From: Monocercomonoides exilis PA203
Taxonomy: Eukaryota; Protista; Preaxostyla
Length of the DNA: 64,000 bases
Assembly: GCA_001643675.2 (NCBI GenBank)
Contig: LSRY02000009.1
Span: 186,001-250,000, forward strand
Direction of reading: 5' to 3'
Shown here one piece after another: positions 11,017 to 32,600 of this stretch (position 1 is the first letter of the stretch; each line of letters starts with the position of its first letter). Under the pieces are notes generated by a model that was given only the letters and a program-made list of their open reading frames with translations, did no database searches and was not told where the DNA came from. Both the position numbers and the translations under genes were made by a program.

Positions 11017-11901
11017 ATGTTTCTTCACAATCTTTTTGTTATGAAAATTATTGCTATTGTTGATATGATAGTCCTCTCGTTTTGCATGTATAAGTTTCGC
11101 AAAGACAAACATCCTTTCAAGGCCACCATTTCATTATCATTCTTTTTTGCTTCTGCACTTGAACAAATACTTCACGTTATTCCGCCAAGCAAATGGAAAT
11201 CCTTGAATATGTTTTTTAAATGGTTTTCATGTTTGATATAATTTATTCATTTCCTTTTGAGAATAACAAATTTTATTCTGTTGTTAAATTAAGATCTTCA
11301 CTTTGTTGCTCAGCCATTTTATTCTAATATGTTTTTGAGCGTTGTCATGCAAAATTCACAATATAAATGGAAGATTCTCTCTCATTACATCTTTCTTTCA
11401 ACCTCAATTCTTGTGGTGCTGCAGATGTCGCGTGGCCTTTTTGTATCTTCAAAAAATATGTGCAAAATTGGAACAGATTTGTTCTGCGGAAATGATTCTC
11501 AAATGATCAAAGAGGGGAGAACAATCAAATGGTTGCTCAAACTTCGTGAACCAGATTATTTAACGCCAAACTCATTCGTAAACTTTTGGGCATTTCATAT
11601 TCCTCCTATCCTTCTTGGTTCCAGAGCTATTCAAATTCTTGCAGTTACTCATTTGCTGATTGGACCGTTAAGCTATTTGATGTTTTGTGCTGAAAACTTA
11701 GAGTTTAATATGACATTTTGTCCGTTCATGAGTTTATATGTTTCTTACCTTGCACTTATCCATTATTTACAAAATTATTCTCATTATTCTAAAAGGAAAA
11801 ATTCCTGCAATTCTGATATTGCATCAGAAAAATCACAATCGAAGAAGAAAGTGGTTTCAAATAGTGATGAAAATTTTAAAGTTGGAGTCAAAACGCCATG
11901 A
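11017..11901 (+). CDS. Multi-pass membrane protein, DUF5765-like; intron 11231-11293
   Basis: Splicing yields FSYLHFVAQPFYSNMF, then C-x6-FCG..W, HLLIGP and N.E....C. This pattern resembles my recollection of DUF5765 (LSYLHIAFQPFFINAF, LCG, H.L.GP, N.NE...WC). Several hydrophobic segments. Confidence 0.6.
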
Positions 11902-12199
11902 CCAGAGTTGAAAGCTATCTCAAAATATTAATTTTGAAAATTTATTTGTATTTTTGATTTTTTTTTTTGCAAAATTATTTATTGTAAATTAGTAATTACT
12001 TGCTGAATTATTGAAATCAAGAAGCATAAACAAAAATTTTCAAAAATCTCTGATAAAATAAAAATTAATTTTCCTTCAATTAATTGAAACCGACTTTTTC
12101 TGTTATTGAAAGTGAATTTGAAAAACTCCAATTAATAAAGATTAAAGGCTTAGATCAATTTATTCCGAAAAACTTCGTAAATTTCGTTTTCAAACAAAA

Positions 12200-13010
12200 A
12201 TGATGACGACCCAAGAAGGAGTAAATCCTCAACTTGCATATCCGGTCAATCAAGTTCAAAGTCAACCAGCTCAACTTCCTCAAACTAATGTTCAACAAAA
12301 AACATCTGTAGATGGATTTACTGCTTTTCTAACAATTTTCAGAACTTTAACCTGGATCAGCGGACCACTCCTTATGGCTGTTGGAATTCTTGCATTTTCA
12401 TTTTTAGCCAATCTTCATCTTGTCACGATTTTCTTCAGTCTTTATTTAATGTGTGAAATTCTTAAGATTTATTTTTAAATTTATTTATTCACATGTTTTC
12501 AGCTTATTTGGATTATTGCTGTTTTTTGCTGAATTTAAATGGAATAAATTTTTGAAATATTTCCCGTTCCTTCTTACCAAAAAATATCGAGCTGTCTTTT
12601 TAGCATTGTGTGCTTCCACTTTATTTTATATAACAATTATTGCCATTTTGCATCTAGCGCTGGGTCGTTATGTTTTGGAGTGGAAATAGGCGGTTCAACT
12701 TGGCCTGGAGTTGCTTCGGGAATTTGGTGCATTGTTATTGGAGTGTTTTATTTCATTATATCTTGTTTCCGGAACGACGAAGAAGAGACAAAGCTTAAAA
12801 ATGTTTGAACAGAATCGTTTTTCAAAAAAAAAAAAAATGAGATTTCAACTTGCACTTTAATAATTTCTCTTTTTATTCATATTATTTTGACTTTTTTCTG
12901 CTCTATTTTATAAATAGGAATATAAACAAGAAGTTGAAGCACATCACTCACAACCTCAATCTTATGTTCCTGAATCTGCAGGAGGATATGTTCCGACAAC
13001 TCAAGTTTAA
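12200..13010 (+). CDS. TVP15/COPI-associated Golgi membrane protein; introns 12451-12502, 12608-12657, 12803-12917
   Basis: Spliced product ...FFSLYLILFGLLLFFAEFKWNKFLKYFPFLLTKKYRAVFLAFAGSLCFG... fits the COPI_assoc pattern (Y..FG.L....E......Y.PFL......R..F..F.G.L). The last exon ends ...PTTQV-TAA at 13008-13010. Confidence 0.75.
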
Positions 13011-13664
13011 AATTTCGTTTCACAAAGACAATTATTTCTTTTATTTTTTTTAATAGTAGTGTTTCATGTTTTTTAATTTCGAAATCAACTTATATGACGA
13101 TTGTTCGCATCTTCTTTTCCCTTTAACTTTAGTTGTTATTTTCTCAAAAATTTTTTGTTGTTCATGAGTGTTTTTTAAAATATTTTTGTAATGTTGAAAA
13201 AATTAGGTAGTAGTTTCCCTTTTTTGTGTGTAACTGTTACGTTCAATTCATTTCATTTCAAGTCAAATTTATAAACTTTTTGACACCGATATTAGTTGCA
13301 TTGTTTTTTGGTCTTATATATATTTTTTTATCTTTTATTTTTTATCGACTTTGTTCCATTTTATTTTTTTGAGGAATAAACAAACAATTTTTGCTTTATA
13401 CATAATCAACTTGCTTTAACAGTTTATTTTTAATTTTAAATTGATATAATAAAGTCAATAATATGAGAATAAAGTTTTCATAATATTGAAAGGAATAGCA
13501 ATAATTATTTGTTTTGAGATAGTAATGGATGATAAATAATAACTTTTGGAAATTATTATATTTTATTTTTCTAATAAATTTCATATTTATATTTCATTTA
13601 ATCATATTCAGAAAAAAATTGAAAAAGTGGCCCATCATAATTTTCATTTTATGAAACGGCTGTG

Positions 13665-21360
<7,696 letters not shown>

Positions 21361-21738
21361 AGAGTGAGTAGTAAAGGAGTGAAATGGTAACAGGAGGTGG
21401 GGGAAATGAATTGACTTGGATCCAATGATTTATTTATTTAATAAACTTTCTTTTATTTGAGAATTCATTTCATGCGATACTGTTCAATAATTTAGATTTA
21501 GAATATTTTCAAAATCTTTTGAAAGAATTATTAAACGAATTTAAAATGAAAAATTATTCACATATTTTCAAGCAAGATAAAATTAATAAAAAAAAACTGA
21601 AGGGAATGGAATGTTGTGTGTCAACGCTTTGTTTGTTAATCTTTTGAAAATCACAAAAATGTAAATTCCAAAAAAAGATATGGGTTTATCAATAATTTTT
21701 GTTTTTGTTCAAGAAAAATACACTTTTTATGTGACCTT

Positions 21739-24531
21739 ATGATTGGAGAATCTGTTAAAAATTTAAATGTCTTCTGCATTTGCAAAGGAATGCTGGATTT
21801 CTCTTTTCAAAATGTTTGAAGTATTTTTTCACATTATGTTTTTTTAGAGGCCTGCTCAAATTTAAATGAAAAACCTCAACGTGAAAAATTGGAAGCAATA
21901 GAACTTATATCGTGCTCAATAACTTTATTGTCAGTTAACGATATTCAAAAAATTCTTACACCAACTTTCTTACGGGATTTAAAATTGCTGTTGCAATCTA
22001 CGGTTCAAAGATATAAATTGGGATCTCTCGAAATCATTCATGCAATTGCTTCACTTGGAACACGTGTTTCTGGTAGAAACTCAGAAAATCTTTTTGTGAA
22101 CAGTTTTAAGGCAAATGATATTGATTCAGTTCTTCAACAAATTCTCTTTATGCAAACTGATTCAAAAGATATTCTAAAACTTGCAGCCCTTTCTTATTCG
22201 TTTATTAACCGATGGAAACCAGTCGATGTTCAGTTGCTTCAAATTATCTGTCCAATTTGCAAAAGCAATTTGATTGATGCTTTAAACAGTCAAAGCGAAT
22301 TAAAAATTGAGGAAGCACTTAGAGCATTCAAATGCATTTCTGAAAGCATGAGTGTGAATAGTTATTTTTTAAAGTTAAAAATTTTTATCTCATATGTTTC
22401 CAATGTTCAATTATAAGATGTTTTATTTAATTGGCCTGCTTCTGACAAGCATTTCCTTAGCACATTGAAAATAGATGACATAATAATTAATATCCTTTCT
22501 TCTTCAACTTATTTATTTGATGTGAAATATCGCTCAACAGAGTTGCCGCTGCATTGTCGATCCATCAATGCAATTTATTTGAATGAACTTTCACAGCCCA
22601 CATCATTTTCTTCTGTTTCATCATCCTCCCGTTTCTTATTTCTCCACAAGAGCATCGCAGACTGGTCAAACAGCGCAATTATTGCTGAGTGCTTTTCTTG
22701 CCTTGAAGCAATGATTACGGTTTTTGCACCGGAAATAGATTCTTTGGTGGATAAATATCGGATCATCTCTATTTTGGAGTCATTCTGCAACAATTTGCTT
22801 TTTGCATCTCTGAAATCAAGTGAACCACAGGCAAGTTGCAAATGCTTCGAACAATCTTCTTCTAAAACACAAAATGATCAATCCAATTCTGATGATGATT
22901 TATCTTCATTGTCATCATCATCTTCATCTTCTTCTTCAACTTCAACTTCAGAATTATCCGCTTCAATCAAATCTTCTTCTTTGTATTCTTCTTTCAGCTC
23001 CATCTACGAAGCTTGCGGGCTGCACAGCTGTTTGCTATTTCTCGACATGATGTCGTGGCGGAGTGTTGTTATTTCTTGTCTTTTGGTCGAGTCAGATTCA
23101 ATTTTCCATTTTTTGCTCACTCTCATTCTGTTGGGTCACCAAGGAGTCAGAAATGAGTGGGAGAAGAAGACATTGTGGATGAGAAGTGGTGCGCCAAATA
23201 CTGAAAATTTGCAGCATTCAACATCTTTTTCATCGTTCTCTTCTACAACATCTTCTTCTTCTTCATCTTCTTCATCCATGTATTCCATGACTCGATCTGC
23301 TTCTTTGCATTCATTTGCTCCTCTTTCAAGTGCTTCTGTTTCTGTCCCTCAGACACTTTGCACAAAGTGCCGAGAAATTGTCACAACAATCTTTGGGAAC
23401 ATTTGCCGTCTTTGTGCAGCTGAGCATCTTGTGAAGTTGCTGAACCACAATCTCCACAGAATCCTCGTGTCGTTCTTGACTGCTTCTGCATTTGCTGATG
23501 AGAAGCCTGTCTTCTGCAGAGAGAAATGTCAGTTTTGCTCAGAGCTAGCACTCTTCAGTGGAGACTCAACACACTCCAATTCTGATTCTTTGCGGAATGC
23601 AGCTGCTTCTCCTCCTGTTTTTTCGGATGCAGCATGCAGTGTATGCACTGTCCCTGATGTCTCGTCTGTTCCCGCTGAGCCTTATTGCTATGCCTTCCAC
23701 GCGAGCAGCTGTCGCCCGTCTTCTCCTTGTGCCGATGCCTCCACCACGTCTGTGGTGCTGTGGGCATTGGACCAGCTTCTGTGGAACATCAGAGACGAAT
23801 GGCCAAGCCAGCAAAATCAGACAGGACAGACCGAACAAGCAGAACAGCCTCACAACATAGAAATGGAAGAGGAATGTGCCAAAGAAGGCGGAAGCGATGG
23901 ATTCTTGGGTGAGCATATGCGAAGGAAAAAGATCGAGAAATGGAGAAGCTTGGAAGAGTGGAGGCAGTCGAATCAGTCATCTGTGCGGAAAGGGTTGGAT
24001 GAAAGTGAAAAAAGAATAGGTGCACTTGCAACAGAGCCTCCTTCAAATCAACCTGATTTCACTGACAATTTGCTGCTTCTATCGGAAGCAGAAGCGAATT
24101 CTTTCTCATCATCATCTTCATCATCATCATCATCATCATCATCTTCTTCTTCTTCTTCTTCTTCTTCTTCTTCTTCTTCTTCTTCTTCTTCTTCTTCTTC
24201 TTCTTCTTCTTCTTCTTCTTCTTCTTCTTCTTCTTCTTCTTCTTCTTCTTCTTCTTCTTCTTCTTCTTCTTCTTCTTCTTCTTCTTCTTCTTCTTTTCAT
24301 TCAGCATCTGCTTCATCAGTATCTGATAAATCTACATGGAACTACGAGAGACTTTCTCCCTCAAATTCAATAGATGCAAACGAAATGCCCGTCTTTTGGA
24401 AGAATGTGATGGAAGATCTGGAAAGCGAGGGAGTGGAAGACATAGCTGTTCATTTTCTTCATTTTTCTCAAGCATTAATACCAGAAAAAGCGTCATTTAT
24501 TTTTGAACACATAAAACGGTGGAAAAAATGA
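21739..24531 (+). CDS. Ser-rich hypothetical protein, probably helical-repeat-like; intron 22352-22417; first exon and start uncertain
   Basis: ORFs 21889-22416 and 22465-24531 are joined in frame by a GTGTGA..TAAG intron. A further small upstream intron (~21814-21849) is likely. No recognisable catalytic motif. Confidence 0.65.
24102..24294 (+). repeat. (TCA)n(TCT)n coding microsatellite, about 60 Ser
   Basis: Directly visible trinucleotide run, in frame in ORF 22465-24531. Confidence 0.95.
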
Positions 24532-24814
24532 AGGCAAAACATGTTCACATATTTTTTTTTGAAAAATTTCTTATTTAATCTTATTTTCTTTTTAAAATCT
24601 GTTATTGTTCAGTAAGGTTGAACTGATAATATAAGATAGATAAAAAAAAAATAAAAGAACAATCATTTTTTGAAGTTTTTTAAGTTGAAAATTTTCTTTA
24701 AATGAAATTGATTATTTGATAAAAGTCAAAAAAAATTATGTTACACACGGTTTTTTCAATACACGTGAAATAGGAAATTTTCCGAATTTTTATCTTTATC
24801 ATTCCACCAAAAAT

Positions 24815-24917
24815 TATTCAACATCGAAAAAGTTTAATTCAAGATCAAAAAACTTAAATTCAAAATCGAAAAAGTTTAAAACAACATCGAAAATGTTTTA
24901 TTCGAAATCGAAAAAGA
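24815..24917. repeat. 21-bp minisatellite (~5 degenerate units, consensus TTCAACATCGAAAAAGTTTAA)
   Basis: ATCGAAAA/ATCAAAAA recurs every 21 nt. Inverted units (TTTTCGATGTTGAA) occur at ~25440-25468 and ~25924. Confidence 0.7.
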
Positions 24918-25470
24918 AATTAATTTATTCTGAATTTCAATTCAAGTCAAAACCAAGGATATTTTATGAAAACAAATGTTGATAATAACTTAAGTTTCTT
25001 TGTTCGAAATGTTTTCCTTTCATTTTAAACCACTGTTTTCTATGATTTAGACTGATATTTATAGATCCTTTTCTCAATAAGAAGATTTAATATGTTTTGT
25101 TTTATCGGTTACACATTCGATAAATGTGATAGAATAAATTTTGTTTTAAATAAATGAGATTGATTTCTGTCTTTTTGTGCACAAAACAGGATTAAGAACG
25201 ATCATATCTTTTTTATTTTTTACAAAATAACTTATTGTCTTTCGAGCACATTAGAAGAGTTTTTTAACTATTCATTTTAACCCTATTCACGCTATTGAAC
25301 TCAATCAAATACCACAAATACATCAAAAAAACTTTTTTCTGATTGAAATTGATGCAGTTGTCGGATCATTTTCTAAAAAAAAGAAACTGAAGTGAGTGTG
25401 AATTTTGAAAATTATTTCTAATTTTTTTATAATGAAGATTTTTCGATGTTGAATCAAATATTTTCGATAA

Positions 25471-25919
25471 ACCTCTGTGACATGACAAGGATAAAATTGA
25501 AAAAATGATTAATTAACTGACAAGATATTTATAATTTGTCAAAAATGGTTAAATTTGTCACGATTACACTTTTCCCAATTGCTATAATAATGAATTTGAA
25601 AATCGATATAAAACAATTTTAATAATGTTGAAAAAATATCATCTTTAATTAATGTGATCATGCTCTTAATAATTATTTTATTTGACAGAAAATGTCAATT
25701 GAGATATTTTTTTTTCACAATTTGTGTATGACCTTCACTGACTCATGAGAAAAAACAACCAGATATTACAGATGCAATCAATAAAACTTTACCAAAGAAC
25801 AATAAGAAGTCTTTTGAAGTTTTAGCAATTGCTTATTTAATTTTAATTTTTTATTAAAAAAAACTTTTTTTTAAACCTTGATAGACGAGGCTTCAAGTGA
25901 TTTGTCATGCCACAGAGGT
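25471..25919. mobile_element. MITE-like element with 18-bp TIRs
   Basis: ACCTCTGTGACATGACAA (25471-25488) and TTGTCATGCCACAGAGGT (25902-25919) match 17/18 as an inverted pair. The interior is non-coding and AT-rich. No clean TSD. Confidence 0.65.
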
Positions 25920-26000
25920 ATAATTTTCGATGTGGGGAAAAATATTTCACTTCAGGCATTTTCATTGAAGAATTGTGCACTTTTCAATGACTTTTTTTAG

Positions 26001-26195
26001 ATCAAAAAACACAATAAAAATGTGTCCATTTTTTGACATTCGTGAAATGTTGGATTACTTTGTGTTTTGATTTAAACGATGCTTGTTTACGGATCAGAAA
26101 ATCTGATTTATTTGGAAATCTGAAAAAAATAGATGAAGTTTTGAGATAAGCAATTTTTTTAATGTTTTGTGCAAAAAATGCTTGAAAGTCCGAAT
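26001..26195. repeat. Dispersed repeat; diverged direct copy at ~45950-46100
   Basis: Shared collinear blocks AAACACAATAAAA, CGGAT..GAAAATC, GAAATCTGA and TTTGTGCAAAAAA.GCTTGAAAGTC. Confidence 0.6.
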
Positions 26196-26605
26196 TTTCC
26201 CACATTTACAAATCATAAATGCTTCTGAAAACTTTAAGTTTATTGATAGAATGCAGTGAAACAGGATTTTCACCAAAATGAACATTGAATGTGAAAAATC
26301 TTAATTAAGGCATACTTGTCTTCAATTTGGATTAAACATTGGTTTTCAAAAACAATTATCATGTTTTTTGTCTTTTTTTAAAAATTTCTTGTCAAAAACA
26401 AACAATCTATTAAAAAACAACATTCAGTTTAAAAAGTCATGACTTCAAAAATGATAACCCTAACAAATTGTTGTCATAATCGATCTTCACTTCATTTCAT
26501 TATATATCAAACATTTAAATCATATGAATTCTTTTTTGAAAAAAGAATTATATAGATCTGACATATTATTTAATTTTATCAAACAGAAAAGTTGATTAGC
26601 TAGCG

Positions 26606-29600
26606 ATGAGCGTGCATCTATTTCTTTTCGCATGTTTGCTCCTTGCCGGGAAATTAATGTTGCATGATGCAGCACAAGAATATTTTTTCGAAAGCCAACA
26701 TACTCGCTTTATTTCTCAATCGCATAATGACCCTGTTTATTCGAATGGAGGCAATTCAAACGATGCACATTTTCAGACAAACAGAGAAATAAAAAATGAA
26801 GAAAGGGGGAACATATTTTGTTATTACAAAGGATTGCAGCAAGTTACGTCAACAACAATTGTTTCATTTTTGAGATTATTCAACTCTTCAGCTGGACTGA
26901 AAAATGTGGCAATTGAACATTCTTCCTCACAATTTCTGCTAATAACAGAAAAGTCGAGTGTTATGCTGGATTCCTGCATTTCCCACCAAAAATCACCAAC
27001 TCCTTTTCATTTGCAAAGTGGGTCAATCATCCTCACAAACATGAGTATATTATCCCAAAAGAATGTTTATTCATCCAGCCTCGTATTTTCATCTAAAGAT
27101 AAAAATTCAGTGGTTTTGAGAAATTCCATCATTTCGGATTTGGCTGTTTCTTCGTCAGACAATTTTCTTGTTTCAGGAAAGAGCCAAAGCGAACAGATCA
27201 ATGACTGTTCCTTCAGGAACATGTCTGCGAAATCTTCCAAGAACAGTGATTATTACATGGAACATTCATGTTTTCGAAGTTCGATGGAGAACTGCCTCAT
27301 TTATGCATGCGTGAATGCTTTTGAAGGAGGAATTTCAAGTGGATCTTTTTCTTCTCAGGAATTTGTCTGCAAAAACACAACCACATTCTACGGAAAAAGA
27401 GAAATGAATGCTCTTGAGAAAAAAGGGCAAATGAATTTTACAGATAGTCAATCGTTTTCGTTGTGCGAATGGGTTGATTGCACAGCACCACAAGGAGGGG
27501 CCCTTTTTGTTCATGACAATACAAATGCTATTCTCACTGTTGAAAATTGTTCTTTCGAAAGATGCAATTCTTCAACAAAAGGTGGAGCAATATATGCTTT
27601 GAATATCGCTGAATGCATTGTTCTTCATTCATTATTTTCTCAATGCACAGCACAAATCACCTCGGACTTTGGAGGAGGAGGAATTATGGCAGAGTTTGTG
27701 TATGTCCAGTCAATGGTTGATGATTGCTCTTTTCAAAACTGTTCATGTGGAAATGATGGTGGGGCAATTGATCTGCGTCCAACGAAAACTCAGAGGCAAA
27801 AGAAATGTGTTATTAATTCATTTTTCGAATACTGCCGATGCAATGGATCAACTGGTAGTGCTGGCGGTGCAATTGAACATTGGGACTGCGCTGATCAAGT
27901 TGCTATTTCAAATTGTCTCTTTTGTCATTGTTATTCGATGTATGGAGGAGGCGCTATCGGGATGTTAATTAATACAAATAATGATGGAATTTTGCTTTTC
28001 TTCTGTTTTTTTCACAATAACACATGTAGAAATGCTGGACATGATATTGTTCTTCAAAGTTCAACATCAAACAACATTGATCTCAGCTGCTATTCAACCC
28101 GGCAAACAACAAACAGAGTCAGTACAGGTCATCATTCTATAGTCGATCAAAGCGAATGGCTAAGAAACGATTTTGGAAGAATCAGATTTGTCTCTTCAGT
28201 TCAAACGCAGCCGAATGCCATTGATACATATTCGTGCGGAATAAATGAGTCTCATCCATGCAGCACCATCAGCCATTGTTTGACCCAACTAATTCCTGAA
28301 TATGTGACTGATATCGAAATACTCACAGGAGCAATAACCGTAACAAAAAATGTGGATTGTGGAACAGACAATTTTACTGTTTATGGCCAAAGTAATTTAG
28401 GCTCAACAATTCAAACAGAACTAGAGTCTGGTAGTTTGTCTCTTTTTTCAGTCTCAACAGGCACCTTGACTGTCAGAGACTTTATTCTTGTGCATGACTC
28501 AGCACATGCAAATAATCAAGCCTCAAGATTATTTGAGATAAGTGGAACAGGAGAGATGCACACAAGTGGGCTGAACATATCTGTTGGAAGCGGACACTCA
28601 ACAGAAACAGCATTCACCACAGAGCTGATAAATGTTCAGAGTGGGATGTTTCAGATGGAAAACGTGAACTGGGCAAAAACAATTTCAACTTCTTCATTGA
28701 TTTTTCTTTCTTCGGAAAATGAAATTTCATTAACACTTTCAGAATGCACCTTTGATGGAATTGAGAGAACAACAAGCGGAGCAGCTGTGATGTCGTTTTC
28801 CAATGACAAGGCAAATATCGATCTGGATTCTTGTTCATTTTCAGGATGTGGAAGCACAGGTTCAGAAAATGGAGGCTCAATGATGCTGTGTGTTGGGAGT
28901 GAAAATGAAGTGAAAGTGAAAGGTGGATCTTTTGATGAGTGCTATTGCTCAGCATTGAATGGTCTTGGGGGAGGAATTCTTCTTCAATTATTGAATGAAA
29001 GTCCAAATTTCCTGATATCCTCTTCATTCGGAACAAACACAGCCAAGTGGGGAAAAGATATTTTTGTCATTTCACCCAATCTGGAAGTGATTGCAAAATC
29101 AGAAAACATCACATGTGTGACAGATTCATTGGATACTATTGATAAAGTTAGAGGCTATGACAATGGAAACACGAGTTTGGCAATCCCTCTGTGCATCTAT
29201 CTTCTTCCCACCCCAGAAGAAATCTTTGTGAGCAATTCTGAGGCATCTGATCACTCACATTGTGGAATTGTTCAATTCCCATGTTTGACAATGAAGCGCT
29301 CTCTCACACGACTTGCAGGGGCTAAGAAAGTTGTTGTGAATGGAATGATTTTGATGAGCGATGAATTAGCTTTTGCTGAACAGAAACACGAAATCAAAGG
29401 AAATGATGATCAAAGTGGCTGGACAGTCTTCGATTCAACTTCATCATTCAACTCGGCGATGATAACAGCAGGTGTTGAAACGATTCTATCAAAGCTCATC
29501 TTTTCTCTTCCTCCTTCTCTTTCATCACATTCCACTTTCATTTCTTCCTCATCATCATCACTGACATTGTCTCACTGTTCTGTTTCTCTTCAAGATCATT

Positions 29601-32600
29601 CATCTGAATTGGGGTTGCTATTCTTGTCAGTTGAATCAGGGATCTTAAATGTTGATTCGTTCACTGCTTCATCAATCACCTTGATTGAAAATCCGCTGAT
29701 CTCATTGACAGGAAGTGAAATAAATAGTGAGTTTTTGGACGCTCCCTGGCTGAACATGACGAACTGCACTTTTACAGAAATAGATAGAGCGGCAGGAAGT
29801 GGAGGCTGTGTGAACATTGATAACAGCAATGATGAAAATTCGAATACGCAAATAAATATTGAAGAATGTGAATTTGATGGATGTTCTGTGATGGATGATG
29901 AAAGCAGAGGAGGGGCAATCAATGCCCAGTTGAAAGGGAATACTCAAATGAATGTTATTTCGTGCACATTCACAGGATGCACAGCACCAGCTGAAGAAGA
30001 GAAGATAGGCTTTGGAGGAGGGATGGCTCTGGAGTTGATCAATGGCTTTTCTTCGTTTGTGATCTCATCTCCTGTTTTTGAGGCAGACAAGCCAAATGTT
30101 GCAAAATATGGAAATGATCTTTTTGTGGAATCATCCAACTTGACGAAGAGCATCACAAACACCTCTCTTCCATTTGTATCTGAGCATCTTGCTGATATTT
30201 CGTTGGATTCTTTGAGAGGCTTTGATGGAAGTGACAAAACGAATGCAATTCCGCTTGCCTATTTCTGGATTGCACTTGGCTCAGAGTTATTTGTTGGGGG
30301 TGATGGAAAAGATGTATGCATTTGTGGTCTTTCAGATTATCCGTGTCTGTCAATAGATCATTCATATTTGAGATTGCCTGAAGGAAATGAAAGGAAAATA
30401 AACGTCATTGGAAAGGCGATTTTAAAGAAAAGGGTTAAACTCAGCGATATTTCTATTAAATCGGATGATGAAGAAATGTGCTCTTTGGAATGTCTCTCAT
30501 CGCTTGAAGGAGCAGAAGAAGCAGCGACGATGATTTCCGGAATTACCAATTTCGAACTGATAAAGTTTGTGATTCCTTCTTCATTCGCAAGTGGAGCTAA
30601 GACTTTGTTGCACGTTGGTTCAATCGATGGATTATTGACTCTGAAAGATTGTTCGTTCTCAAAAAATGAAGAAAACAATGTGGAAGAGATTATGAATTAT
30701 GGACTGATCAAAACAGATGGAGGCACAGTTCAATTGGAATTTGTGTCAATGCAATTCCTATTTTTTTCAAAGGATGTTATTTCTGTTTTGTCAACATCGA
30801 TTTTGAACATTAAGAACTTGACGATGAAGAATATTAAGTTGGATGGAGCAAGTGGATTGGGCATATCAAAGAGTTCAAGAAGAGAAAAAAATGAAGTTGA
30901 ACAAGATGTTGCCATTGAATGGAGTGTGTTCGAAGAAGTCACACAGAACACAACTGATGATATTCCCATCATTCGGAATGACAATGATGAGCCTTTGAAA
31001 ATGGTGATAAGAAACACAACGATGAAGAAGTGTGGTGGAACGAGGTGTGGAAAGGGAGGAGGGATATTTTGTGTGTTGAATGAGGGAGGAAGCTTTGATT
31101 GCTCATTTTGCACGATTTCTGAGTGCTTCTGCTCATCCACAGGAAGAGGTGGGTGGCTGTTTCTGGAATGCACCTCGGCAACTGAGCAGCCTCTGAACTT
31201 TGTGTTGTCGAATATCACATTCAGAGACAACTATGCATTCAGAGGGAGAGACGTGTATGTTCGATGCCACTCAATCGAAAATCAAATAGTTGATGAACAA
31301 TTCCTGTTGGACTTCAGATTGCCATTTGTGAAGGAATTGGCAATGTGGGGATGCACAACAGACTCTTTTGTGGGGGAAGAAGATCTTCTGCTGAGAGTGG
31401 TGAAATTCCAAAGCGAGACAATCTTTGTGTCTTCAGTTTCTGAAAATCATGCAGATAGCAAGCAGTGTGGAGAGTTCAGCATGCCTTGTGAGTCATTGAA
31501 TTTCGGAGTTCAGCACATTATTCCATCTCTGTACTCTCAGCTGTTGATCTTGGGGCAAACAATTATTGTTGGGGAATGCGAAGCTCATGATGTGATCATC
31601 CGTTCGCTGCAATCTCCTTCAACTGCTTTGGTGTATCTGAACTCAGCGATAACCAATGATGGAAATCTTATCACAACATCAGAGAATGTTCGGATTGAGA
31701 GATTGAATTTCAACTTTGGCCAGTCATTTTTGTATTCAGACAGTTCTATTATTCATGAAACAAATGGCCAATTATCTCTTTCATTTGTTGATTTCTCTTC
31801 GATTGGCCAATCAGAAAACATTGAAGCTGCTATTCTAAACTCAACATTGCTGAGCATCGAAAATGGAATTCTTCATATTGACAACTGCTCAGTGTCACTC
31901 CTATCATTCAAGAAATCGTTGTTTCTGTTTAATGGGGATAAGATTTCATTGATGAATGTGAGACTGGAAAAAGTTGAAGCAATTTCAAATGTGTTTGAGA
32001 TTGGGCAGTGCAAAGAAGTTGTATTTAATGGAGTATCTGCGAATGGAGTGAAGCTATCTGATGGTTGCATCATTGCGATTCAAGGATCCACTTCAGGAAC
32101 AGTGTCTATTGGAATCTCCTCATTCAACAACTGTTCAAGGAACTCAGAAGGAGCTTCTGTTCTCTCAGCTTCTTCATCATCTGCTCATTTGGAGTTTTCA
32201 AACTGTTCTTGCATAAATTGCAATTCCTTATCTGACAAAGGAAGTGTTGTTGAGGCGCATGATATGAAGGATGTTTCGATGGATTCTTGTCGATTTTTTG
32301 GAATGCTTGCGAAAGAAAGTGAAACCGGGAATATGAACACAATAACAGATATCTGTCAATGGAATGGGTCTCTTGTTCATTCGTTAAACTCTTCGTTAGT
32401 GATGAAGGATGTGATTATTTCGAAATCATCATCAGGCGGATTATCCATATCTTCTGGTAATGTGACAATTGAGAAAGGAGAGTTCTTGAACAACAATCCA
32501 TTCATTGAAAAATATCCATCAGTGAGAAGAAACATTGTTTGCTCAGATTTTGCTTCATTGACCATTTCGAGCTTGAAAGGAGGAGATGGACTGATGCCCA

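Noticed and set aside
24815-24917. Periodic 21-bp units as a CRISPR-like array
   Set aside because: Head-to-tail units without unique spacers, no cas genes, eukaryotic context.
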